Below, piece by piece: positions 13,190-25,400 of a stretch of 64,000 nt of DNA (position 1 is its first letter; every line of letters starts with the position of its first letter). The notes below the pieces were generated by a model that searched no databases, was not told where the DNA came from, and worked only from the letters and a program-made list of their open reading frames with translations. The DNA comes from Azolla caroliniana (taxonomy: Eukaryota > Plantae > Polypodiophyta), in contig JBHGNT010000009.1 of assembly GCA_043228905.1 (NCBI GenBank), positions 7,502,001 through 7,566,000 of the forward strand. Direction: 5' to 3'. The position numbers and the translations under genes were made by a program.

Positions 13190-16100
13190 AGAACACAATT
13201 TCAAAATTATATCAAGACTATATATTCACACTATGCTAAGTAGCAATATTTATACAAGTCCTCTTGGGACTGACAGAAGTACCATGTACTTCAATGCTCA
13301 CACGAGCATCTGACACTTACTACGAGACTATAGCTACCTAGTAGTCTATCCTATACTAGGCTTCCGATTGGACTTCCGGTTACGGATTACACCCGGCCTC
13401 CACTGCTTGCCGGTTTGGTTGCTCACCGTCATACCGATCCATTTCGCCCGATCCGTCTCGCTTACCGGCTCCGGCTTATTCAACCGATCCGGTTCCGGTT
13501 GAGCTTGCCGCTCAACACTCCCCCTCAAGCTCAACCTGAGGTGGGGTCGTAGTGTCGACCTTTGTGGCAGTCGGTTCTTCCAACCGACTTCTCCTGGCGT
13601 CACTCCGCCTTGCTCGCGCTCCTCGTCCGGTCCGGTCCCATTTGCCGCGACCCCTTTGGTTCTGCGCGCCTCGACCCTCTCGGTCGACATGTCTGCTCAA
13701 TAGGCCCATCTCAGCACTCACGTTGTTGTGACTCCGGCACTTGCCGATCCGTCGGTTCTCCCACGATGGCATCGACTTCCGCTGTGTCCGTGTCCCCTTG
13801 GCCTTCACCATGCTTCCCTCGGCTTCTTCAGCCGGTGAACCGAAATCGAATTCTTCATTTGACTCCGCATCATGGTCAGTACCGTCGTGATGACCTCCGC
13901 ACAGCATGCACTTCTCTTCCTGAGTGCACAACTCTTCTTCACAGCTGCTTGCTCCGACCTGTTCGGATGTGTCGACTTCCTTCGTCGACTCGGCTTCCTT
14001 CATCTTCTTGTCTCCTCTTCTTCCGGCTCTCCTCTTACCGACGGGTTCAACAGTTTTTTGGCCTTTGCCCGTTTCAGTAGAGACTTTGCCCTTGCTTCTC
14101 CCCCTCAAGTGCGGCACATCGAGATGCTGAATACCAAGCATGTCGGTAAAGTGCTGCAACTTGTCCGATCCGAGCGGCTTGGTGAAGATGTCGGCAACTT
14201 GCCGATCCGTATGAACATACCGTAGGTCAACTTCACCGCTCAGGACCCGCTCATGCACGAAGTGGTAGTGCACCTCGATGTGCTTTGTGCGAGCATGGAA
14301 CACAGGGTTCCTAGCGAGCTGCAGGCTGCTCATGTTATCGCAATAAATCGGGATCAGGGTCGGTGCCTCGATCTGCAAGTCTCGCAGCAGTCGCCGAAGC
14401 CAGATGGCTTCACAAGTGGCAACGGTAGCGGCCCGGTACTCAGCCTCAGTGCTTGACAAAGCCACTGTGGGCTGCTTCTTGCTGCTCCACGCAACGGTCG
14501 CGCTACCTATGGAGAACATGTATCTGGAAGTGGAGCGGCGATCAGACGCATTGCCGGCCCAGTCCGCATCTGTGTAACCGACAAGCTCTTCGGGTATACC
14601 TCGCCGGTATAGCAGTCCCCGGTCCTTAGTGCCGCTGACATACCGTAATATTCGTTGCGCGCACTGAAGGTGCTCCACGGTTGGCTTCTGCATGAACTGA
14701 CTTACCATGTCGACCGGATAGCTGATGTCGGGTCGAGTGATGGTTAAGTAGATCAGGCTTCCGACAACTTGTCGGAACCGTTTCTCATTGCAGGCCGGTC
14801 CGGAGTTGGGACGGAGGTTCTTGTTCCGGTCCAGGGGTGTGGAGACAGGTCGGCAATCCGTCATGCCGAACTTATACATCATATTCAACACGTAATGTCG
14901 TTGTGAGAGCAATATGCCGTCGGGGGTCCGGAGCACTTCGATCCCAAGAAAATAATGAAGGTCCCCCAGGTCCTTCATTTCGAATGCGTCCGACAACTGG
15001 GACTTGACGCGGTTGATTTCGGGAAGACCCGGTCCGGTGATGACTAAATCATCCACATACAAGAGTATACATACCGGACCGTCAGAGCCTTGTCGGATGA
15101 ACAACGAAGAGTCCGACTTAGAGACAGCAAACCCCAGCTTACGCAGCCGGTGCGTGATCTTCGCGTTCCAAGCTCGGGGGGCTTGCTTCAAGCCGTAAAG
15201 CGACTTCTTCAGTCGGCATACCGCCGACTTGTTCATCTCCGATTGAAATCCGAGGGGCTGAGTCATAAAGACTTCTTCTTCAAGCTCTCCTTGAAGGAAG
15301 GCGTTCTTCACATCCATCTGGTGAAGATGCCACCCACTTGCCGCAGCAACCGCCAGTACCACACGAACCGTCGTCATCTTCGCCACAGGAGCGAAGGTCT
15401 CCTCGTAGTCGATTCCGTGGGTCTACGCGTATCCCTTTGCCACTAACCGGGTTTTGTACCGGTCAACAGAACCGTCGGCGTTGTACTTGACTTTGTACAC
15501 CCACTTGCATCCGATCGGTTTACAGTGACGGGGAGGATCAACTAGGTCCCAAGTTTTGTTGGCATCGAGTGCCCGCATTTCTTCGTCCATAGCGACACGC
15601 CAATTTGCGTCCTTTGCCGCTTCTGCGTAGCTCTCCGGCTCACGCACTTCTGTCACCTTAGTCATGTATGCATAATGATGCGCCATGTATTCATTGTACC
15701 CGTACCGCATGATGGGATCCTTCTGGCGGGTTGATCGGCGCAACACACCGTCACCTGATTTGAGGCCCTTCTTGGCCAGTTCGGTCTTTGTTGCCGAAGA
15801 TCCGCCTTTCTCCTTTCCGGAGTCGGATATGCACCGATCCGACTCATCGTTGCCGGTTTCGAATTCCGGCATCTTCCTCTTCCCCTTCTCTTTGCGCGTG
15901 AACCGTTTCCTCGGTTCCTTGCGCGGGGAGAGCACAACAGAGTCTCCACCACTTGCTGTCTCTTCATCCGACTGGTCCAACCGACTCAGTCGCTCGTTCG
16001 GTCCACTCAACCGTAACGATTCCGGACTCTCATCTTGAGTCCCGGCTTCATCATCCTCTGCCAGGGCTGATTCCGGCTCACTAGCCTGATCTTCCGGCAT

Positions 16101-16965
16101 TGGGTCGGGATCGGAAGTCGGAGTCGATACGGAGTACCAGGATGCCGATTCATCGAACTCGACATCCTGGCTAACTCGGACTTCCTTCGTCCGGGGGTTA
16201 AAGCACTTATACCCCTTTTGCTCTTGAGCATAGCCGACTAGGATGCATTTTTCCGATTTTGCATCCAGCTTTCTCCGCTTCTGATCCGGCACATGCACAT
16301 ACGCTATGTTGCCGAATATCCGAAGGTGTCTTAAGTTCGGCTTGCGCCCGAAATATAGCTCATGAGCTGACACCTTGTCACCAATGCGGTTTTGTATGTA
16401 GACGGTCGCCCGGACCGCCTCCGCCCAGTAGAACCGGGGCATGCTCTTCTCCTCCAGCATTGCCCTTGCCGCTTCGACGAGTGTCCGGTTCTTCCTTTCA
16501 GCCACACCGTTTTGCTCCGGTGTGTATCTGCAGCTGAACTCTCGCCGAATTCCCTTCTACTGCAGATAACTAGTGAATTGGCCGGAAAAATATTCCTTTC
16601 TGCCATCCGACCGAAGGCATTTGATCTTCCTCTCCGATTCCCGTTCCACCATCTTCTGAAGGCTCCGGAAACAGTCGAAGACTTCGCTCTTCCGCTCAAT
16701 GAGGTAGATCCAAGTATGTCGAGTATAGTCGTCGATGAAGGAGACAAAGTATCGGCTCCCGCCAAGGCTTACACTTTGTGCCGGTCCCCACACATCCGAA
16801 TGGATGAGATCGAGCTTGTTACGGCTCTAGTTCCATTCGGTGGGGAATGGAAGCCGGTGTTGCTTCCCAAGTTGGCAGGCTTCACAAATGTCGGCTCTCC
16901 GGCCGCTGAACTTCGGCAAACCGAAAACGACTTGTTTCGTTTGCAGGTCTTGAAGTCGACTCCAG
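13061..16965 (-). mobile_element. Relatively young Ty1/copia element: integrase-RT-RNase H plus 3' LTR (13061-13517); 5' part lost
   Basis: HSDVWGP / FIDDYTRHTW and AERKNRTL (integrase), QMDVKNAFLQG and LLYVDDLVI (RT), YTDADWAG and KHIEVHYHF (RNase H). PPT GAGGGGGAG at 13518-13526. The LTR has TG..CA ends and a (GA)n tract. Inactivated by in-frame TAG stops at 15423 and 16557. Confidence 0.95.
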
Positions 16966-16984
16966 AGTGTCCTTCCATCTAACT

Positions 16985-18780
16985 CCCGACCATAAATTCT
17001 TCGCATCCTATAGAGCCGAAGATCACGGTTGTGTCTGGATGGGGAATGAAAGTGCATGCCGAATGGAGACGTGTGGTAGGCACCGTCAACCGGGTACAAG
17101 TTGTTGTTGAAAGATAGATGTCTAACACGTTCCGGAGGTTCGAATGAACCTGATATCAATCGGTTGGCTGGATGATGAAGGCTACACAGGTAGCATCCAG
17201 AACAGAGTCATGAAATTCAGCAAAGGAAGCTTGATCGTGGCCCAAGCCCAAAAGATCAAAACATTATACCTGATGCATGCCCGAATATGCCAGGAAGAAG
17301 TGAACGTGGTATCCGACATTGCCGGTGAGTTGTGGCACAAGAGGTTGTGGCACATGAAACAGAAGGGAATGCGGAAACTTGCCAAAGATAACCTCATTCT
17401 GGAGGTGAAAGACTTGCAGCTTGAGAAGTGCACCGACTGGTTGGCCGCAAGCAAAACCGAACCTCTTTTCGGTCAAGACCACCGTCAAGATGGAAAGAAC
17501 CACTAGAGCTTGTGCATACCGATGTATGCTAGGTGGACACGATGACACATGCTGGGTCACAGTACCTCGTGACGTTCATAGATGACCACAACCGTAAGTT
17601 GTGGGTCTCACCGCTGAAGACAAAGGATTAGGCATTATCTGTCTTCAAGGAGCTCCACTCGAGAGTGGAAAGAGAAATCGGCCATAAGCTGAAGGCAGCC
17701 CGAGCGGACAATGGTGGAGAGTATCGTGGGCAGTTCAAGGAATACTGCCAGACAAAAGGAATCTGACCTGAATTCACCATGCCGAAGACCCTAGAGCTAA
17801 ACGGATTGGCCAAAAGGATGAACCAGACTGTGATGGAGAGAGTATGGAGCATGCTTGCACATGCTAAGTTGTCCAAGACGTTTTGGGTTGAGGCGTTGAT
17901 GACGGCGACCTATGTGATAAACCGATCACCCTCAACACCCTTGGATGGAGACACACCATAGAGAGTATGGACCGGTAAAGACGTGTCTTACTGGCATTTG
18001 AAGGTGTTCAACTATCTCACCTACGTGCATGTAGCAAAGGACAAGAGAGCAAAATTAGATCTGAAGTTTCGGTCATGCATATTCCTTGGATACGACATTG
18101 ATGAGTTCGTCTACCGAGTGAGTGTGGGACTTGGTCAACAAGAAGGTGTTCCGGAGTCGAGACATAGTTTTCATGGAAGACAAGACCACTACCAACTGGG
18201 AGTCGGAAAAGAAGATAGTGGACTCCGGGTCGACCAACAAAGATCGGTTGGAAGATGCAAGGACACATCCGGTTGGAAGCCGGATGTCAGCCGAAGACCA
18301 CTATGAACCGGCTGGATTCGGACAGAGAACCAAACCGACCGAAGAGGAATCGAACACCGGAACCAGACAAGACCCCGAATTGGATTCGGATGAAGAATAG
18401 ACAAAGGAGCCGATGTTCGAAAACCAAGGACAGAGATACCCTCTAAGAGATAGAAGCCCCCCCCCCCCCCCGGAGATTTCTGAATGCAGATCATGTGTTG
18501 TTGACCGACGAGGGGGAGCCGGAAAGCTACAAAGAAGCAGTGAAAGGCACCCACAACTACAAGTGGTTGAGTTCCATGCAGGATAAAATGGATTCCCTAC
18601 ATGAGAACCACACATACGAATTGACGGATTTGCCGAAAGGAAAGAGAGCACTCTGGAACAAGTGGGTGTACAAGTTAAAACCGGGAGACGCTGGAAATCC
18701 ACCAAGATAAAAAGCCCGGATCGTGGTGAAGGGGTTTTCAACAGAAGAAAGGAGTGGATTTCGACGAAATCATTGCCCCA
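16985..18780 (+). mobile_element. Decayed Tnt1-like copia fragment (protease to start of RT)
   Basis: MNLISIGWLDDEGY, LWHKRLWHM, LVHTDV, NGLAKRMNQT, GEPESYKEA, KWVYKLK. Confidence 0.9.
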
Positions 18781-18945
18781 ATAGTCTGATTGAGAAGAAG
18801 AGCAAAGTCTTCTCCTGTTTCTTGAAGGTGAAGAGCCTTGCCGAACAGGAGATAGGCCGAAAGATCAAATGCCCCTACAAATTATTGCTTGTAAACGATG
18901 ATGTTAACTAGTTAAAAAAAACAATAAGTCGAGTATATAGGTGAT

Positions 18946-19042
18946 TGTTACGGGCATGACCATATAATATCCCGTGGTGAGAATGTAAAGAATACTACGG
19001 TACATTCTCACCACGGGATATTATATGGTCATGCCCGTAACA
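18946..19042. mobile_element. 97-bp perfect-hairpin miniature element (MITE-like)
   Basis: Arms 18944-18987 and 19001-19044 are perfect 44-bp inverted repeats around a 13-nt loop. TGTTAC..GTAACA termini are flanked by GTGAT/ATGAT. Confidence 0.75.
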
Positions 19043-20415
19043 ATGATGAACTAGAGGCAAATTGTCGAGCAATGGGTTTACTGTCATGTTTGTCATAAAA
19101 AGTTTTCAAATTTATAGTATATGATGTACAATTAAATTGTTTTGCTCAATGGCTTCACAACATCGACATTGGCAAAATTTCCACCAACACTAAGAGTGAA
19201 AACGGTAGGGTTATGTACAATGCAAATAAAAGAATAATAATATCCATGTTTAATTTTGAAAACTTAACATGTTCCTTTGTAATTAATCTATGTTGTAAAA
19301 CTGAATGTGTGTCATGGTTAATGGCACTTTTTAAACAAAGAAAAGGAAGGAGAGAGAAGGCCTTGGATCGATAATCATGCACCTTTTGCACAATTGTGCA
19401 TTTTTACATGTGAATGTAGACCTCGTGTTTGTTTAAAAAATGCTAATAGACCCGATAATAGACATGCTTCTTGGGTCCAGTCCACATTTTCGTCTGTATA
19501 CATCCAAAAAATTTGGAAAGGGGAGAACATATTCTACTATGCAACAGAAAAGGCAAAGAAATTACGTCAATTTGTTCAAGGGAATCAAAGGACTCAAGTT
19601 GCTTGATCAATTGAAATATCATGGTATGAAACATGACTACATTGATATAAATAGTGCATGACATGAGGCATTTTAGTATACTAATGGTTTAATGATCTTC
19701 CAAAAAAATAACAAAACGTGCCTACCACACAAGCCATATAAAATTGTACAAAGTGCACATTTCTCCGAGGTTACATTAGAAAAATATAAATAAAGTCAAG
19801 CAAAAACTTCTTTTTCCATTTAAAAGTAGAGGGTGGGTTGCTCATGGAATATATAACTAGAGGACATGATGATAAAGTAACATTCGCATGTGTGTTTGTG
19901 TGTCATGACTCGTGACTCATGGGACCAACAACCATTTCGAAGCACTCACCCTAGCCATGTAAGGTGGGAGGGAACTTTTAAATTATAGAACAAGAAGAAG
20001 AAGTGAGAGTCAGAAGGAAAAATATAACATGTTACCTAATGTCATTGTTTGGATCTTCCATGATTTTGGTTTTGTTGTCGGGTAGACTAGCGAGGAGTAT
20101 TCCAAGAGGAGGGGCCGCAGGTCCAAAATGTACCATCCTTTCAATCTCATATTCTACGAAAGTCAAAAAAAATGTGCACAATGATCGATTTCCAAAAGTT
20201 ACAAGCCTCGAATCCAAAAGGTTTTTACTTTTTTTTTTTACGTTTGATATGGATGGTTGAGTATGAATATGATCACGGGTGCATGCTATAGTTTTCGAAA
20301 CTCTGATGACATGATGATCACAGTTTCTCGCTATAATCTTACATGATGATGATATGTGGGTTGGTCACTATTATAAATTTCGAGACTCCAATAACGTGCA
20401 TGTTGCTACTAATGG

Positions 20416-20417
<2 letters not shown>

Positions 20418-20492
<75 letters not shown>
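20418..20492. repeat. (TA)n(GA)n microsatellite
   Basis: Seen directly; lies next to the 3' end of the LINE. Confidence 0.95.
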
Positions 20493-20494
<2 letters not shown>

Positions 20495-20519
20495 CGGAGG
20501 TCAAATATGACCTATTAGA

Positions 20520-23500
20520 CCAAAAATATTACATTTCACGTGATACATGCGAAAGTGAGTAGCAACTCTCGACGTTCAAGAACATTACCAATGAATGTTG
20601 CAATAGGGAGTGCACATTGTGGTTGTGAGAGAAATTCATGCAAGGATTGGGCTTGGTTGAAGATATGTGGAAAGCATAGTCAAATATGATCAAAGGTAGA
20701 GCATTGTATCAAAGTGTGATACTCAAATTCTCGAACTTGTTTAGGGCGAAGTGTGCATAGCTTACAACTCTCATCACTTGTGCCCCAACGCCCAGTCTCA
20801 CATCGCAATGCAGGTGAGCTAAGTCGCATTGAAGCAATGGTTCGAATGGCAAATAACGGGATGGTCTCTAACATGTATCAATGTGTACAGTTTCCCATGT
20901 CATGATACATTGACGTTGTAAAAAGGCCTCATTCACAGAGAATCTAGTGATGCATCATGAAGCAAGTGTCTTGCATCCCATCTACCAAACCATTTTTCCA
21001 TATCTTGCATCCAATCAGAACAGAAAATTTAGCTTTTATGCGTCTTTTGGACTTTTTGCTTGCTTCCCATTCAATTTAGGAAGCATAGTATGAACCATAT
21101 GGACCATACGCGCATTCACATTCGTGAATGTTTCAATCATTTGTGTAAGAAAAACACCCTCAAAGAATGATAAATACCATACTTTTTGGGTTAACTATTT
21201 ATTATGAGGTAAGTAATCCTAAAAAGTTAGAAAAAAACAAAAAAAAAACACAAGAATGTTTGAATAACATTCGCATTCGTTTTCTAACGTAGGAAAACGA
21301 ATGTTATGCTAGACGAACACGAATTTTACGTACTATGCTAGGAAGTCGATGTGAGGGACTTTTTTGAACCTTAAACATGTATTCAACAACCCTTTCCATG
21401 GCCATGATCTCAATGAGAAGTGATTTTGTCTCATGGAGGAGGAAGGTGTAGGGCGTTTGTTTCATAACTTGTAGAAACTTTGTAAGAAAATGTTTTTGGA
21501 CATTTTCAAACTCTTTCCACGTAGATTTAGGGATGCTACCACCCCATACTTCCACCCCATAGAGAAGCATCGGTGTCACCAATGTGTCGCAAAGATATTT
21601 CTTGAGGACCCAACACTTAATATCTCCACAATTGCATGTGTTCTCAAATGCATAGTATGCTTGCTTACCCGCCTCTAAGCAACGTGTAGCACATTCATTC
21701 CATCTATGATTTGAAGGAACTTTAAGGCCAAGATATTTGACGCTTTCCACACATTCAAGTGGCTCATTATTGTACATAATGCATGGCTTATCTCTTTTTT
21801 GGCTCTTCACAAGCATAATCTTTGTTTTAGAGCTATTGACACTTAATTTAGTATGCATGCAAATTTTTTCCAATGCCTTCATAAGGTTTTGTGCATCTCC
21901 TAAATTATTTGCAAAAAACACTACATCATCCGCATATAGCAAAAGCATAATGACAACTTCTTCAACACATTCTTCCTTTACAAACTTGGCAACCATTTAT
22001 TCTAATTCATCAATGCATAAACCAAATAGAATTGGTGAGAGTGGGCATCCTTGCTTCACACCAATAGTGCTATTGAAAAAATCCGAAAGTTTATTGCTCA
22101 TACGCATACAACATATAACCTTCTCATATATTCAGGAGATTGTAAGCATATATTCACTTGGCACCTTGAGTTCTTCCATTTGCCTCCAAAAATGCTCACG
22201 AGGTACCATATCAAAAACTTTCTTAAAGTCTACGAAGCAACAATATAAACCTTTACCTCCAAGGTGACTTTCCTCCATTAAATTATACTCAAAAGGTGAC
22301 AAGGTGATCAATGGTGCTCTGGTGTTTTCGAAAGCCAACTTGTCCATAAGCTCTCTTACCATTTTTTCAAGCCCATACACTTAACTTTTATTCGATTATA
22401 CATCCAAATAGTTTTGCCATTAACAAGTCAACCATGATGGTTCGATGTATCTCCGCCTTTATGTAAAGGCTTGATCCAATTTGCAGTCTAATCATATGGC
22501 ATACCAAGTTGCAATACATGATTAAATATATCTCTTATCCATGCATGTGCTTCCTTTCCCATCCATTTGAGCATTTCAACCTTTATACATTGATGATCGC
22601 TTGTCTTTTAAGAAGCCAATTTCCTAGTGTGACATTGTGTTGTATCTTTTTCATTCATAATATATCCTCAATCATCTTGGAGTACATGGGCACTTGCTTA
22701 AGGTTCATCCTCAAGTGGGTTTGTTGTCCATTCACCAAGTGAGAATTTATGTATACGATCCAAAATACCTTCAGAAAGTAGCACATAGTCAATCACACTA
22801 TTTCCATTGTGTTTTCTACATGTAAAACCATTAGTGTTGGGCCATAAGGAAACACCATTTGCAATAAGCAATGTGGTACTATTGCACATTTGTAGGAGTA
22901 ACTTCCCAAATTAGTCCGGATCTTTTTCATTGTTAGAAGAGCGGCTATACATTTGCATATCCTCTTGCGTCCTTCAGATATGTGGCATAAAAGATTGTTG
23001 CGTATCAAGTTGGAAACTTCTTATACGAGCATTCATGTCACCAAGAGACAATAACTTCCCCTTTGGATTTGAAATAAGCAATATCATTTTCTAGATTGGC
23101 AAAAGGTTGATCTTTATCCAAACAAGCATAAAAGTTAGAATCTTGACGAGGAATGTAACATCTAATTACAAAAGTGGGCAAATCATTAGGTGTTTCTATT
23201 TTGAGCCATATGTAGCATTTATGTTTATCATTTTTTATTATCGACACATATTTCTCTATTTCCTTCTTAATCAAACATGCCACCCCTCCTTGTCCTCTTC
23301 TTTGTCTTGGGTTTTTCTCCCAGATTGTACATTATAGCTTTTTAAAACTTGAATCCTTTAAGTATCATGCTCTCATGTTTCAACAAGGAGTGTGATATGT
23401 GAGTCATTGGTGAACGTCACGTGTCCCTATTTGCCTACATTTCCGTCTTTCGGCACACCCTTAACCTTATTTTTCAATTTTTCTTCATATGCTTTGCAAT

Positions 23501-23570
23501 GACATTTTGTTGTGAGATAGTACGATCTTCACTCACAAAGCATTGCGCACCTTTGAGGTATACCCAACTA
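20520..23570 (-). mobile_element. Decayed non-LTR retrotransposon (APE endonuclease + RT + C-terminal CCHC), RTEX/CR1-like
   Basis: GNSVIDYVL (APE), CFVDFKKVFDMVPR, QGCPLSPILFGL, LLLYADDVV, KYLGL, and the C-terminal LRCETGRW...CTLR...EFEYHTLIQC. Confidence 0.85.
21084..21337. mobile_element. Non-autonomous hAT element (254 bp) inserted in the LINE
   Basis: CATAGTA..TACTATG termini with 8-bp TSD TTAGGAAG/CTAGGAAG. Same ends as 35742-36706. Confidence 0.9.
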
Positions 23571-24093
23571 TTTTCGAGGCTAGATAGATGTAGCTTAGAT
23601 GGTAAGGTTGCCCAATGGAGACTAGGTGGTCATGGGTTCAACCCCTACATTCTACAGTGGCATCTAGTGAAATAAGAGATATTTATGGAGTAATGGAGAG
23701 GTGAGAAATTTGGGTTTCGTCACAAAGCATTGCGCACCTTTGAGGTATACCCAACTATTTTCGAGGCTAGATAGATGTAGCTTAGATGGTAAGGTTGCCC
23801 AATGGAGACTAGGTGGTCATGGGTTCAACCCCTACATTCTACAGTGGCATCTAGTGAAATAAGAGATATTTATGGAGTAATGGAGAGGTGAGAAATTTGG
23901 GTTTCGTCACAAAGCATTGCGCACCTTTGAGGTATACCCAACTATTTTCGAGGCTAGATAGATGTAGCTTAGATGGTAAGGTTGCCCAATGGAGACTAGG
24001 TGGTCATGGGTTCAACCCCTACATTCTACAGTGGCATCTAGTGAAATAAGAGATATTTATGGAGTAATGGAGAGGTGAGAAATTTGGGTTTCG
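23533..24093. repeat. Three apparently identical 187-bp tandem copies, each holding a tRNA-like cassette
   Basis: CACAAAGCATTGCGCACC starts at 23534, 23721 and 23908. Confidence 0.95.
23584..23654 (+). mobile_element. tRNA-derived (SINE-head-like) sequence, repeated at +187 and +374
   Basis: A-box TAGCTTAGATGG and B-box GGTTCAACCC at tRNA-like spacing. The anticodon arm does not pair. A homolog lies at 60164-60234. Confidence 0.7.
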
Positions 24094-24142
24094 AACCTAA
24101 GATGTGCCAATAGTGTAAACGATTTACCACTAAGGTAAGCTA
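24075..24142 (-). mobile_element. Second tRNA-derived SINE-head-like fragment
   Basis: The - strand reads ..CCTTAGTGGTAAA (A-box-like) ... AGGTTCGAAACCC (B-box). A partial copy lies at ~24190-24245. Confidence 0.5.
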
Positions 24143-24156
24143 ATTAGTAATTACGA

Positions 24157-24190
<34 letters not shown>

Positions 24191-24404
24191 AGTAATGGAG
24201 AGGTGAGAAAATTGGGTTTCGAACCTAAGATGTGCAAGTAGTGTAATCAATTTGCCTAATTACGAAGATACACACACACATAGATGTTTGTGTGAGGAGC
24301 GGAGAATGATATGGGCTACCTATATTCACATTCAAAGTCACACATAAACACACAAAATGAATGGCCCACCAACACAAACGACTTACCACTAAGGTAAGTT
24401 AATT

Positions 24405-24449
<45 letters not shown>

Positions 24450-24939
24450 TATGTTTGTGTGAGATGCGGAGAATGATATGGGCTACCTATATTCACATTC
24501 AGAGTCACACGAAGACACACAAAGTGAATGGCCCGCCAATATAAACGACACAATGCCTACATTTCGTGAGGAGAGAAAGAGAGACACGAGGGGCGACAAG
24601 ACAAAGGGGTAAAAAAACATGTCGGCGGTGAGCGAAGTGACATCAACGTTTTTGGGTGGCATGGCATGGTCTGTGCATGATGATGATTGATGATTCATGC
24701 TAAAAAAGCGTGGTGGATAGGGGCAAAATATGTATATGTATGATATGCATGTGTGTATATGTGTATCATTGGATGGAGTATGCGTGTACGTATGTACATA
24801 GTAACATATGTATTTGTATGTACGTATGTATAGAGTATGTTGTACGTACGTACGTACGTATGTATTTGTATGTATGTGTGAGTAGGCGGGCGGACAAGTG
24901 TGAACGCGGCCACGTCTCCGAAGGGAATCGCGTGTTCCA

Positions 24940-24976
24940 GAAGCTTCTCTCTCTCTCTCTAGACTGTGCCTGTATG

Positions 24977-25018
<42 letters not shown>

Positions 25019-25400
25019 TTCGCCTCTCTGCCTGCAGATCGCTACCTTCTCCCTGGATCTGCTCCCTCGTCCGTCTCCTTTTGCCTCTCTGCCTGCAGAT
25101 CGCTCTTCCTGCTTCCTCTTACTCTGCCTGCAGATCGCTCTTCCTGCTTCCTGAAGATCGCTCTTCCTGCTTCCTCTTACTCTGCCTGCAGATCGCTCTT
25201 CCTGCTTCCTGCTTCCTGCTTCCTCAATCATCTATCTGCAGGAAGAGTGAGTACCTTGCCTCTGCAGGTCGCCTTCATCTCGACATGATGACCTTCTCTT
25301 TCCTTTCATCCTCCTCCTCATTCCTTCTTCTTCTTCTTCATCATCATCATCATCATTTTCTTCTTCTTTATTCTTCTTCTTCTTCTTCGTCGTCTCCGTT
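24940..25400 (+). promoter_or_regulatory. CT-rich promoter/5'-UTR-like region with a ~35-bp minisatellite
   Basis: (CT)n tracts, repeated CTCTGCCTGCAGATCGCTCTTCCTGCTTCC units, and (CTT)n/(CAT)n. The same architecture precedes the ERF gene. Confidence 0.45.

Noticed and set aside
13346-16982. Long antisense and alternative-frame ORFs over the copia element
   Set aside because: Shadow ORFs of GC-rich pol sequence.
23584-23654. Functional tRNA gene (also 60164-60234)
   Set aside because: The anticodon arm does not pair and there is no adjacent oligo-T terminator, so it was treated as tRNA-derived only.
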